Part shown: one piece after another, positions 41,558-50,494 of the stretch
How the letters are laid out: each line of letters opens with the position of its first letter
Numbering within the stretch: position 1 is the first letter of the stretch
DNA from: Terriglobia bacterium
Lineage (GTDB): Bacteria > Acidobacteriota > Terriglobia > 2-12-FULL-54-10
NCBI GenBank assembly: GCA_963666975.2
Contig: CAXVYR010000004.1
Span: forward strand, 2,208,001 to 2,272,000
Direction: 5' to 3'
Length of the DNA stretch: 64,000 nucleotides
Program-made: the position numbers and the translations under genes
The notes under the pieces: generated by a model
What the model was told of the DNA's origin: nothing
What the model saw: only the letters and a program-made list of their open reading frames with translations
Database searches by the model: none

Positions 41558-41930
41558 ATCCGGAACCGCCAAGTCTGGATTCGTTCTACATACGTCGCCT
41601 GCGGGCAAAGCGCAAAAGAAACGATGAATCGGGCGTGAAGCCGTATCCCCCGGACTGACTGGGTAAGCCAGACGCAGAACGGGTTGGAACTGGATGCAGG
41701 TCAGTTGGGGAACCTAGAGTTCGTGCTGGAACGTTCTAAACCCCAGCAGGGAGGGGTTCAAGGCACGGTCGAGGAAGCGGCAGAGTCGCCCTCCGCCACC
41801 ACTGCCTGGCAGGTTTGGTTGGCCTTGCGATTGTCGTTCTAGCATTACAGATTCCGAATCCGATAGAATTCCCACGTCTCATGGAGTCCAACACAGGCGG
41901 GAGACATTACCGAAGGGGGTATTCATTCAA

Positions 41931-43064
41931 ATGTTGTCACGAATTTTTTGCCTGGCTGCCCTGAGTTTAGCTTTTCTACTCCAGAGTGCTTGCACCGGGG
42001 AGATAAGTCCTGAGCTGATTTGGGTTCCTCCTGATGACACCCGGTTGCAGTGGTTGAATGTTGCCGGTTGGGAACAGGAAGGAGAAGCATTTCGTCCGGC
42101 GCGCGTACCCCGAGATTGGCGAGACCGATTCCCGGAGAGGACCGCCCAGACAGCCATGGCACCTGCCGGGGTCGTATTACGAGTTGCAACAGACGCCCGG
42201 AAAGTAGCCCTGCGCATCAGTGTAGATCCACCCCGGCCAAGGCCGGCAGGCGCTCCGACGAGGCCACCGTCTGTAACTGCAACTGCCTTTGATGTTTACC
42301 GGAATAACGAATTTCTACTCAGCGCGGACACTTCGGGAGAACCCGGTGCCCAGGAAATCACGCTTTATGAAAACCCTCCGAATGGCAGCGGCGAAATCGC
42401 CGTTTTGTTTCCTGCTGGCCTCTCGTTCGTGGTGCAGAGTGTGGGCTTTTCGAGCGACGCACAGTTTGCTCCTCCGAACCGGCCGGCCCAACCACGGGTT
42501 CTCTTCCATGGCGATTCGATTACGCAGGGAACCGGCGCCACCCACAGCAGAAATACGTACGCGTGGGTGACCTGCGAGAAGATCGGGTGCGAGCCGATCA
42601 ATCTGGGTTTTGGGGGAAGCGCTTGGGGCGATCAACCCGTGGCAGAATATATCGCCAGCCGAAACGATTGGAATGCGCTTGTGGTCGCTTACGGCACAAA
42701 CACCTACCGTCGAGCCCACGAGGATCCGGAACAGTTTGCTCAAACCTACGATACTTTCCTGGCCACGGTTCGGGCCGAACACCCCGACGCACCGATCCTG
42801 TGCATCACGCCCCTGTGGCGCATCCAAGACACGACGAACGAGAAAAACGAGGGCGGATACACCCAACAACAGTATCGGGAGGCAGTCACACAGGTCGTCA
42901 GCCGCCGCCAGAGCTCCGATTCTAACCTGCACCTATTAGAAGGCAAAGATTTGGTCCCGGAAAATCTTTTCACTGCCGACCAGGTTCATCCCAACAATGA
43001 AGGTGCGGCACAAATGGCCGAAGCTATCGCGAACGCATTAAGACCACTGCTCGGACCCTTGTAG
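41931..43064 (+). CDS. SGNH/GDSL hydrolase, probable lipoprotein
   Basis: Lipobox-like LQSAC; GDSITQG, NLGFGG, GTN, DQVHPN. Confidence 0.88.
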   Translation: MLSRIFCLAALSLAFLLQSACTGEISPELIWVPPDDTRLQWLNVAGWEQEGEAFRPARVPRDWRDRFPERTAQTAMAPAGVVLRVATDARKVALRISVDPPRPRPAGAPTRPPSVTATAFDVYRNNEFLLSADTSGEPGAQEITLYENPPNGSGEIAVLFPAGLSFVVQSVGFSSDAQFAPPNRPAQPRVLFHGDSITQGTGATHSRNTYAWVTCEKIGCEPINLGFGGSAWGDQPVAEYIASRNDWNALVVAYGTNTYRRAHEDPEQFAQTYDTFLATVRAEHPDAPILCITPLWRIQDTTNEKNEGGYTQQQYREAVTQVVSRRQSSDSNLHLLEGKDLVPENLFTADQVHPNNEGAAQMAEAIANALRPLLGPL

Positions 43065-43139
43065 GCCCATTGGGGATTGCAAGAGATTGTGGCGTGTCCA
43101 CTGGTTATTAAAACCCTGTTGCAGGCCACCCAGGCGTTC

Positions 43140-43228
43140 GGCCGTGCGGCTTTTTTCTAATCCGGGGCCACTGCTGTTTCACCCAGCGTTAGATCACTTC
43201 CTCATCCCGTTCGATGGCCCGTCGCTCC
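43140..43228 (-). pseudogene. IS630-family transposase remnant (winged-HTH end)
   Basis: Manual translation ERRAIERDEEVI*RWVKQQWPRIRKK with an A-run at the usual frameshift position. Confidence 0.65.
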
Positions 43229-43309
43229 GTCAGTCTATTCCTGTTTGGGGTGAACCAAACCTTAAACCGTGTAACTTCCGCTCCGCCTCATGGCGCTCCC
43301 ATTTCCGCT

Positions 43310-43607
43310 GATGTCCAACACTGCGAAGCGGCAGGGTTACCGGGTCACTGGCTGCACGATCTCCGAAGGAGTTGTGTCCGGCGTATGGAGCAAAGAGGTA
43401 TCCCCCGATCTTGCGATGAAGTTAATTGGGCACAAGACAGAGAGTATCTACCGACGCAACGCCATCGTTAGCGAATCGGATCATGCTGAGGGAGTGGCCA
43501 GGCTGGCAGCCCCGTATGAATCCCAAACGGATGGCCATGGCCACAATGCCGTCGCGCATTTTCCACTGCGTTCCGTCAAAGCACCGTCAAACCAAGGGCA
43601 AAGTTGA
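43310..43607 (+). pseudogene. Tyrosine integrase C-terminal remnant, frameshifted
   Basis: LHDLRRSCVRRMEQRGIP (HxxR box), then another frame with AMKLIGHKTESIYRRNAIVSESD. Confidence 0.8.
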
Positions 43608-43650
43608 CAATGTGCCCTGGATGTCAGCCAGCGCTAAATATAACGAAAGA

Positions 43651-43739
43651 TGGTGCCCGGGGCCGGAATCGAACCGGCACGGACTTTACAGTCCGAGGGA
43701 TTTTAAGTCCCTTGCGTCTACCAGTTCCGCCACCCGGGC
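43651..43739 (-). tRNA. tRNA-Leu (anticodon TAA), CCA encoded
   Basis: GCCCGGG acceptor stem, D-arm GGCGGAACTGGTAGACGC, AGGGA-CTTAAAA-TCCCT anticodon arm, long variable arm, GGTTCGATTCC, ACCA. Confidence 0.96.
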
Positions 43740-43755
43740 ATAAACCGGATGTCCA

Positions 43756-43764
43756 ATTATATCA
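43756..43764 (-). promoter_or_regulatory. Extended -10 promoter (TGnTATAAT) for tRNA-Leu
   Basis: Minus strand TGATATAAT, 16 nt upstream of the tRNA 5' end. Confidence 0.6.
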
Positions 43765-43896
43765 GTTTATTACGAAATCTGGCTGAGCCGCCTTGGACCT
43801 TGAAGCAGCCGGAAGTGTCCCCAAAGCGTCCATCACCTTCACGGCTTCATGCGTATCAGCCCGCGAAAGGTGAGCGTAACGCTGCGTCATCAGGAT
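43762..43896 (-). pseudogene. Second tyrosine-recombinase C-terminal remnant, truncated by IS3
   Basis: Manual translation ILMTQRYAHLSRADTHEAVKVMD..*; the MTQRYAHL box carries the catalytic Tyr. Not in the ORF track. Confidence 0.75.
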
Positions 43897-43970
43897 CTGT
43901 ACGTCGTCAGATAATGTTGGACACAGAGCATAAAAAGATAAGGTGGCGTTCAGGCTCCTCTGGGTTGATG

Positions 43971-44954
43971 TTAGGCTGCCCTTCTTTTGAAGTGCAACCG
44001 TTTTCTTAAGATCATAGTTTTCTCTTTGATGCGATCCCGTTTTTGCAGGATGGCACTGCCTTGGCCTGTAAAAACGTCATACGGTGTCAGGTTGTTCAGG
44101 CTTTCATGGTATCGGTTGGTGTTGTAGTGGTTGACGAAGGCATCGATCTGCCGCTCCAGCTCTTCTGGCAGGTAATAGTTGTTGAGCAGGATGCGGTCTT
44201 TCAGAGTTCGGTGCCAGCGTTCGATCTTGCCCTGCGTCATGGGGTGATAGGGCTTGCCGCGAGTATGCGGCACGCTGTTTTCTGCCAGCCATGATTGCAG
44301 TTCGGAAGAGACGTAGCACGGCCCGTTGTCGCTCAGGAGGCGAGGTCTGTGCCGGGCGCCCACGCGGTCGAGGCCGGTGGCTTGCAAAGCATCCCGCAAC
44401 GTGGCCGAGACGTCACTTGCGCTCATGGTTTTGCACAGCCGCCAGGCGATGATATAGCGCGAGAAGTCGTCCAGCACCGTGGACAGGTAGAACCAGCCCC
44501 AACCGATGACTTTCAGGTAGGTGAAGTCGGTCTGCCAGAGCTGGTTGACCGCCGTGGTCGGGTTGGCGAACCGTTCCGCCGCTTTCAGGACAATAAAGGC
44601 TGGCGCGGTAATCAGGTCATGGCTTTTCAGGACGCGGTAAACCGTCGATTCAGAAAGGTAATACCGCCTTTCCTCGGTAAAACGCACCGCCAGCTCGCGT
44701 GACGACAGATCGGGCTCGGCCAGGGCTAACGTCACCAACTGCTGAGTTATCTCCTCCGGCACCTTGTTCCAGACAGGGCCAGGATCGGGTTTTTTGTCTT
44801 CCAGCCCATCAAAGCCTTCCGACACATAGCGGTCGTACCAGTTGTAAAACGTCGATCTGGGAATGCCAACCTGCTGCAGCGTCCGGCGCACCCCCAGGGC
44901 AGATTGCTCCACCGTGCAGATGATCTCCAGCTTCTCCGAGGCAGGGTATCTCAT
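43971..44954 (-). CDS. IS3-family transposase OrfB (rve integrase core)
   Basis: WQTDFTY, LDDFSR, LSDNGPCY, TQGKIERWHRTLK. Confidence 0.95.
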   Translation of the reverse strand: MRYPASEKLEIICTVEQSALGVRRTLQQVGIPRSTFYNWYDRYVSEGFDGLEDKKPDPGPVWNKVPEEITQQLVTLALAEPDLSSRELAVRFTEERRYYLSESTVYRVLKSHDLITAPAFIVLKAAERFANPTTAVNQLWQTDFTYLKVIGWGWFYLSTVLDDFSRYIIAWRLCKTMSASDVSATLRDALQATGLDRVGARHRPRLLSDNGPCYVSSELQSWLAENSVPHTRGKPYHPMTQGKIERWHRTLKDRILLNNYYLPEELERQIDAFVNHYNTNRYHESLNNLTPYDVFTGQGSAILQKRDRIKEKTMILRKRLHFKRRAA

Positions 44955-45322
44955 GTATGTTCCTCCCCATCCCCGATCACGCTTTTTTTTAGCAGGCGAT
45001 TTTCCAGCATAGCCTCGGCCAGGGCCTCTTTCAGCTGTACGGCCTGCTCCCGCAGAGTCTTGACTTCGCCACTGGTTGCCTCACGGTCTATGTCGCCCGC
45101 CAGCCGCTTGCGGCCAGCCTCCAGAAACTCCTTGCTCCAGCGGTAATACTGGTTCTGGTGCAGCCCCTCGCGGCGGCACAGCTCCGCGATGCTGTCCTCG
45201 CCGCGAAGTCCCTGCAATACAATGCGGATTTTGTCTTCCGGGCTGAACCTGCGCCGCGTCCTGCGTTTGATCTCCCGGACGGCCTTCTCGACCGCCCCCC
45301 TGTCGTCTTGTTTTTGTCTCAT
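44951..45322 (-). CDS. IS3-family OrfA (HTH)
   Basis: RRRFSPEDKIRIV..IAELCRREG..YYRWSKEFLEAG; ATGA overlap with OrfB. Confidence 0.92.
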   Translation of the reverse strand: MRQKQDDRGAVEKAVREIKRRTRRRFSPEDKIRIVLQGLRGEDSIAELCRREGLHQNQYYRWSKEFLEAGRKRLAGDIDREATSGEVKTLREQAVQLKEALAEAMLENRLLKKSVIGDGEEHT

Positions 45323-45409
45323 CTTCGTTCCTTTCAGTCTCTACGATGAGCCAAAAACATCACCTTAACTATTACCCTCTACCTGTCCAACAAGCCCTGA
45401 CGGGGCACA

Positions 45410-46100
45410 ATCGCCGTCTGTGGGAGACTCCACCGTCATGCTGGCGAGCATGCCTTGCGTGGTCATCGCCCCCAGTAGCGTGAGGGTGCGCTAGTGACCG
45501 GCGGGCGTGGCTTCCCGCACCCGTTCCCCGCGAGGGGCGCGTCCATACCGCCGGGTCATCTGGGTGGTCGCGCCTCGCTCGTCCACAAACACCCACTGCC
45601 GGGGATCCATCAGCTGGCTCTGCTCCTGCCACGCCTCGCGGCGCTCCCGGTTTTCCGGCCTGTCCTGCTCTTGAGCGTGGAGCGACTTTTTTTGAGCGGC
45701 AGTTGGAGGTCCCGGAGCACCTCCCAGAGCCGCCCGATGCTGACTTGTAACCGCATCGTCCTCCGGAGCCGCTGCTGCAACTCGGCCAACGTCAACTCGG
45801 GCTGCTGACGAATCCAGGAACGCAGATGGCTTTCCGCCACCCCCGTGACCTTGCGGACCGGCCCATACCGCTGCTCCGCCCTCTCGATCTGACCCGTTCG
45901 CCGCCGCTGCCAGGAAATCTTCCATGCCCACGGGCAACTCACCCCAAATCGACTCGCCAGTTCCCGCAAGCTTCCCTCTCCCCGGTCCTGCGCCTCCAAA
46001 ATCTTCCGACGCAAATCGTCCGAGTATGCTTTCGCCAGGGTGTGCTTGGATCGCCAGAGAACCTCGCTCCATGGTATACACCATCGGGAGAAATGCTCTA
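45410..46100 (-). mobile_element. Truncated IS630-family element
   Basis: End TAGAGCATTTCTCCCGATGGTGTATA; OrfA AKAYSDDLRRKIL; A7 frameshift site at 45687-45693; OrfB WVFVDERG..YGRAPRGER; nonsense TAG at 45491; cut by IS3. Confidence 0.88.
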
Positions 46101-46190
46101 AGGGTGCTGACAGTGATGGGTGTGGCATTGATCGGGTATGGTTCGGCTGGTGTGCCGAGGTAAGGGTAAAAGCAAAGTCAGACGGCGGAA

Positions 46191-46454
46191 TCAGGCCGAT
46201 TTGCGGGCTTTCAAACGGGCAAGACTTTCCCGGCGGATTTCATCCCACTCCGCATCCATCATCTCGGTGGCTTCCCCGCTTCCCAGACCTCCCACCAAGC
46301 GTGCTTCGAGTTGTTCTTGAGCTTTTCGTTTTTGGTCTTCTCGCACGAGCGTCCGAATGTACTCGCTGATGCTGCTGTACCCGCCAGCGGATACCTGCTC
46401 TTCAATAAACTGCTTCATGGTTTCCGGCAGGGAGATATCTCTCAGAAGGATCAC
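46191..46454 (-). CDS. ParD-like ribbon-helix-helix antitoxin (CC2985-type), no adjacent toxin
   Basis: ISLPETMKQFIEEQVSAGGYSSISEYIRTLVREDQKRKA. Confidence 0.8.
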   Translation of the reverse strand: MILLRDISLPETMKQFIEEQVSAGGYSSISEYIRTLVREDQKRKAQEQLEARLVGGLGSGEATEMMDAEWDEIRRESLARLKARKSA

Positions 46455-47590
46455 AGCCCCTTCTCCATCCGCAGCACGCGGAACGCTTCCCCCATCCCTT
46501 GGGGAAGGATCAGCGTCTTCAGCAGTTGGGAGCGGCGGAGGCGCGCCGCCTCCGAATCGCAGTCGGCGAACACCTCTCCGAACTCATCCTCCTCGCCGAG
46601 TTCCATCAGGAAGCTGGCCTGTGATTGCAAGCCGTGCACGCGCATGCCGGAGTGCTCTGCCGCCGCCGTTAATTGCGAAAAGTTCACGTGCGCCGTGAGG
46701 TCCTGTTCGCCGGGGCACGAGAGCAGATCATAAACCGCCCGATGCTTGCGATAGCCCAGGGCGCTTCCCTGGGGAAAACGGCCCCGCTGCCACTCCTCCA
46801 GGGTGTATCCGTAGTCGATCAGCAGAATCTCGCCCCTGCGCATGCACCCGCCGATTCTTTCGATCCACGTTCCAGCCTGGGGAGAGATTTCGGCGACCCA
46901 CCCGTCTTTACTTTCTCCTTCCGGGCTTTCTCCATCCGGCAACTCCATACCGGGAGCGAAGCGCAGGTCGGCCTCCTGCGCCAAATCCGGCGTGCTCGGC
47001 TCGCCTTCGCTCCACTGCAACTGGTCGTCGCGGAGCGACACATATTGTTCCCTCCAGCGGTCATCCCTCCAGACCAGCAGATGAACGGGAAGGGCGTCGA
47101 AGAATTCATTGGCGAAGACGCAGCCTTGGAATCCCGCTTCGGACGCTGCCGCCAAGTCCGCAACGATTCTGGTTCGGTCGCTGTAATGGCTAAGGCTTTC
47201 CTCTAAGCGTTTCCGGAAGTGCGCGCTCTGCTCCACTGCGGTATAGCGCAGGCAGGCGGACATCTCGGGGAACCGCTGGCCGATCCGGGATAACAGCTCG
47301 CTTGCCAGCAGTCCGTCACCGGGTCCCAACTCTACAAGGTCAAAGGTTGCCGGCCTGCCGAGCGAAACCCATGTCCGTTGGAAGTGCCGCGACAGAATGC
47401 GCGCGAACACCGGAGCGACGTGCGCACTGGTGTAGAAATCTCCGGCGGCTCCCAGCCGGACCTTGCCGGCGTTGTAGTATCCGTGTTGCGGATGATAGAG
47501 GCATTGCTCCATGAAGCGATGAAACGTGATGGGACCGGAGGCGCGGATCAGGTCTCGAATGACCGGCAACAGAGGCGGTGGGGAGGCCAT
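46451..47590 (-). CDS. SAM-dependent methyltransferase, MidA/NDUFAF7 family
   Basis: GPITFHRFMEQCLYHPQHGYY, GDFYTS, VELGPGDG, ANEFFDALP, IDYG, DLTAHVNF. Confidence 0.93.
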   Translation of the reverse strand: MASPPPLLPVIRDLIRASGPITFHRFMEQCLYHPQHGYYNAGKVRLGAAGDFYTSAHVAPVFARILSRHFQRTWVSLGRPATFDLVELGPGDGLLASELLSRIGQRFPEMSACLRYTAVEQSAHFRKRLEESLSHYSDRTRIVADLAAASEAGFQGCVFANEFFDALPVHLLVWRDDRWREQYVSLRDDQLQWSEGEPSTPDLAQEADLRFAPGMELPDGESPEGESKDGWVAEISPQAGTWIERIGGCMRRGEILLIDYGYTLEEWQRGRFPQGSALGYRKHRAVYDLLSCPGEQDLTAHVNFSQLTAAAEHSGMRVHGLQSQASFLMELGEEDEFGEVFADCDSEAARLRRSQLLKTLILPQGMGEAFRVLRMEKGL

Positions 47591-47608
47591 AGATCACTTC
47601 ATCTACTT

Positions 47609-47887
47609 TTACTTCGTGTTGGGTGTGCGGGTGAACATCTCCACGATGTAATCATGCAGGCAATCGTAGATCTGCCGCTCGAAGGTCCAGGGGAACTGCG
47701 CGTGGGCCAGGTCGCGGGGGTGGACTTCGTAATAGTATGTATGAATCCCCATGTCCTGATTCCGAAAATCGATCACCACCTCCACCGCTTCGCCCTTCTC
47801 CCTGGCGGAAAATTCAAACAGCGGGTGCTCGTACCGCGCCAGTTCCCGGCGCACCTTTTCGATGCCGGAGTTTTCGTTCATCTTCAT
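47609..47887 (-). CDS. Hypothetical protein
   Basis: Co-oriented within the operon, coding-like composition. Confidence 0.7.
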   Translation of the reverse strand: MKMNENSGIEKVRRELARYEHPLFEFSAREKGEAVEVVIDFRNQDMGIHTYYYEVHPRDLAHAQFPWTFERQIYDCLHDYIVEMFTRTPNTK

Positions 47888-47914
47888 TGGACCCTTTCAA
47901 GGTTTCCTTAGCAG

Positions 47915-48436
47915 CTATTGCTTCGCGAGCGCCTTCCATGTCTCCTCAAAAATCTCACGGCTCTGGCTGTCGAACAGGATAAAGACAACCCGTTCGAGAG
48001 AGGTCTCTCCCTTCATGTGTTCTGTAACGGTCCGCAGCATGATCCCGGCACAGCGCCGGGTGTCAAAGCCTGCAATCCCGGTTCCGACGGCAGGGAAGGC
48101 AATGCTTCGGATTTTTTTCTCCTCGGCCCGCAGCATGCTGTTGCGGGTGGAGGCTTCCAGGTTTTCCGCCGTCGTCTGCCCGCCGAGTTGCATGCTGGCG
48201 GCGTGGATCACGTAGGCGGCTTTTAGCTGCCCCCCGCCGGTGATGGCCGCCTCGCCCAGGGGCACGCGGCCGATGCGGTCGCACTCCTCCTGTATGGACG
48301 GCCCGCCTTTCCGCCGGATGGCCCCGGCGACGCCGCCGCCCAGTTGCAGGTCATTGTTGGCGGCGTTCACCACGGCATCGACGTCAGCCTCGGTGATGTC
48401 TCCCTGGAGAATGATAACTTCGACCTGCGGCGTCAT
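47915..48436 (-). CDS. Macrodomain protein (ADP-ribose binding/hydrolase, YmdB-like)
   Basis: QGDIT..DAVVNAAN..GGGVAGAI, IAFPAVGTGIAGF. Confidence 0.93.
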   Translation of the reverse strand: MTPQVEVIILQGDITEADVDAVVNAANNDLQLGGGVAGAIRRKGGPSIQEECDRIGRVPLGEAAITGGGQLKAAYVIHAASMQLGGQTTAENLEASTRNSMLRAEEKKIRSIAFPAVGTGIAGFDTRRCAGIMLRTVTEHMKGETSLERVVFILFDSQSREIFEETWKALAKQ

Positions 48437-48470
48437 TCCTTGTTCCTTGTTCCTTGCTCCTTGTTCCTTT
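48436..48470. repeat. Heptamer tandem repeat TTCCTTG x~5
   Basis: Visible directly upstream of the macrodomain ATG. Confidence 0.8.
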
Positions 48471-48557
48471 TCACCATCATCCGTGCCCACCTGACGATTG
48501 CAAATAGCGCGCCAGCGAGTGTGAGAGCTACCTTACTTACCACTACCCGACTTACCA

Positions 48558-49331
48558 CTACTCGCCGGTAAAATGAGATTTGCGCTTTTCGAGATATGCG
48601 GTCATCCCTTCGTACTTGTCCTTGGATTCAAACAGGATGCCCTGCGCCAGCATCTCAATCGTCAGACCGCTGTCGAGCGGAGTGCGAGAGGAGGCGTTGA
48701 GTGCGAGTTTGGCCAGCCGCACGGCCAGAGGCGCGCGGCTCAGGATTTTGCGCGCCAGCTCCTTGGCCGTCTCCATCAGTTTTTCCTGCGGCACCACGCG
48801 GCTGATCAATCCCAGGCGCTCGGCCTCCTTGGCGTCATAGATATCGCCGGTCAGGATCCATTCCTTGGCGCGCGCCAGGCCCATCAGCCGGGGCAGACGC
48901 TGCGTGCCTCCGGCGCCGGGGATGATCCCCAGGCTGGTCTCCGGAAAACCGAAGCGGGCGTTCTCGCTGGCGATCCGGATGTCGCAGGCCAGCGTCAGCT
49001 CGCAGCCTCCCCCCAGCGCATATCCGTTGATGGCGCCGATCACCGGCCATGCGAAATTCTCCACCTCCGCAAACAGGCCGGTGTTGATGGCCTCGAGCGC
49101 CTGTTTTTTGGTGCGCCCGCGCAGGTCGCCGATGTCCGCTCCGGAAACAAATGCCTTGTTGCCCGACCCGGTCAGGATCAAGACCCCGGCTTTTCCCGTG
49201 TCCAAACTGCCGAGCGCTTCCCGAAACTCCTTTACCGTGGGCGCGTCGAGCGCGTTGCGCATCTCGGGGCGGTTGATCGTCAGGGTCCAAATTCCATTGT
49301 CCTGTTCGAGCTTAATGTTTTCCCACGCCAC
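48558..49331 (-). CDS. Enoyl-CoA hydratase/isomerase
   Basis: INRPEMRNAL, AFVSGADI, GYALGGGCEL, FPETSLGIIPGAGGTQRL; GAGGAGG RBS before GTG 49331. Confidence 0.93.
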   Translation of the reverse strand: MAWENIKLEQDNGIWTLTINRPEMRNALDAPTVKEFREALGSLDTGKAGVLILTGSGNKAFVSGADIGDLRGRTKKQALEAINTGLFAEVENFAWPVIGAINGYALGGGCELTLACDIRIASENARFGFPETSLGIIPGAGGTQRLPRLMGLARAKEWILTGDIYDAKEAERLGLISRVVPQEKLMETAKELARKILSRAPLAVRLAKLALNASSRTPLDSGLTIEMLAQGILFESKDKYEGMTAYLEKRKSHFTGE

Positions 49332-49370
49332 AGAGAGCCTCCTCGTCATCATCAGTTCCGACAAAACGGA

Positions 49371-50246
49371 TCAGGATTTTTTCTGAGCCTTTGCCTGGGG
49401 ATATTCATGCACCCCCCGGCCGGTTTTGCGGCCCAGCCGCCCGGCCTTCACGTACTGCACCATCAGCGGGGAGGGGCGGAACTTCTCTCCCAGCGTTTTG
49501 TGGAGATACTCGAGCACGTGCAGGCGCGTATCCAGGCCCACCAAGTCCGCCATCTCAAAAGGCCCCATGGGATGGTTCAGCCCGAGCTTGCAGGCCTTGT
49601 CGATGTCCTCAGCGGTGGCGACGCCTTCCTGCAGCATATAAAACGCTTCGTTGCCGATCATGGCGTTGATGCGGCTGGTGATGAACCCCGGCGCTTCGTT
49701 CACCACGACGGTCTCTTTGCCCATCTGTTTTCCCACCTGCTCGGCGATCTGGATCGTTTCCTTTGTGGTCTCGAGACCCGCCACAATCTCCAGCAGCTTC
49801 ATCTTGTGGACGGGATTGAAAAAGTGCATCCCCAAGAAGCGCGAGGCGCGGCCGGTCACCGCAGCCATCTCCGTGACGCTCATCGAGGAGGTGTTCGAGG
49901 CCAGGATCGTATGCGTGGGCGCGGCCTTGTCCAGGCGCGTGAAGGTGTCGGTCTTGATCTTCATATCTTCCGGGACGGCTTCGATGATCAGGTCGGCGTC
50001 TTGGGCGGCCTTTTCCGGGCTGGTTTCAAGCGTCAGTTGCGCCAGCGCCTTGTCTTTGGCCTCCGCAGCCAGCTTGCCGCGCGCAACCCCCTTTTCCATC
50101 TCGCTTTTTATGTTCGACAGCGCGGCTTGCAGAATTTCGTCGGTGACATCCACCATCGTGGTCCGGTAGCCGCCGAGCGCCGCCACGTGCGCGATGCCGC
50201 GGCCCATCAGGCCGGCTCCGATTACGGTTACGTTATGAATGGCCAT
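49371..50246 (-). CDS. 3-hydroxyacyl/3-hydroxybutyryl-CoA dehydrogenase
   Basis: GAGLMGRGIA, IEAVPE, SNTSS, GMHFFNP, PMGPF. Confidence 0.93.
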   Translation of the reverse strand: MAIHNVTVIGAGLMGRGIAHVAALGGYRTTMVDVTDEILQAALSNIKSEMEKGVARGKLAAEAKDKALAQLTLETSPEKAAQDADLIIEAVPEDMKIKTDTFTRLDKAAPTHTILASNTSSMSVTEMAAVTGRASRFLGMHFFNPVHKMKLLEIVAGLETTKETIQIAEQVGKQMGKETVVVNEAPGFITSRINAMIGNEAFYMLQEGVATAEDIDKACKLGLNHPMGPFEMADLVGLDTRLHVLEYLHKTLGEKFRPSPLMVQYVKAGRLGRKTGRGVHEYPQAKAQKKS

Positions 50247-50494
50247 GGGTCCTCCGAGTGTGTCGATGATTTAATGATCGTGAATCGATGATTGCTTCCC
50301 AGCCGGTCTTGTTGCGGCGTCAGCTTCTGCGGACTGATCCAGACAGCAATGTCAAAAACAAAAGGCGGCCGGATTGCAGAGAGAAATTAAAACATATTTC
50401 GTGCTCTGGTTGCACGGACCAAAGTTCATCTGTCCAGCAGAGTACACGTAAGGTAAGGTCACCGATGGAATTTATTAGAAGCGGTCCTGCGCGC

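Larger units (their letters stand above)
43898..45409 (-). mobile_element. IS3-family element, 1512 bp
   Basis: TGT...ACA ends; 26-bp imperfect TIRs TGTACGTCGTCAGATAATGTTGGACA and TGTGCCCCGTCAGGGCTTGTTGGACA (19/26); ATC on both flanks. Confidence 0.92.

Noticed and set aside
48573-50291. 572-aa plus-strand ORF
   Set aside because: Antisense shadow of the enoyl-CoA hydratase and hydroxyacyl-CoA dehydrogenase genes
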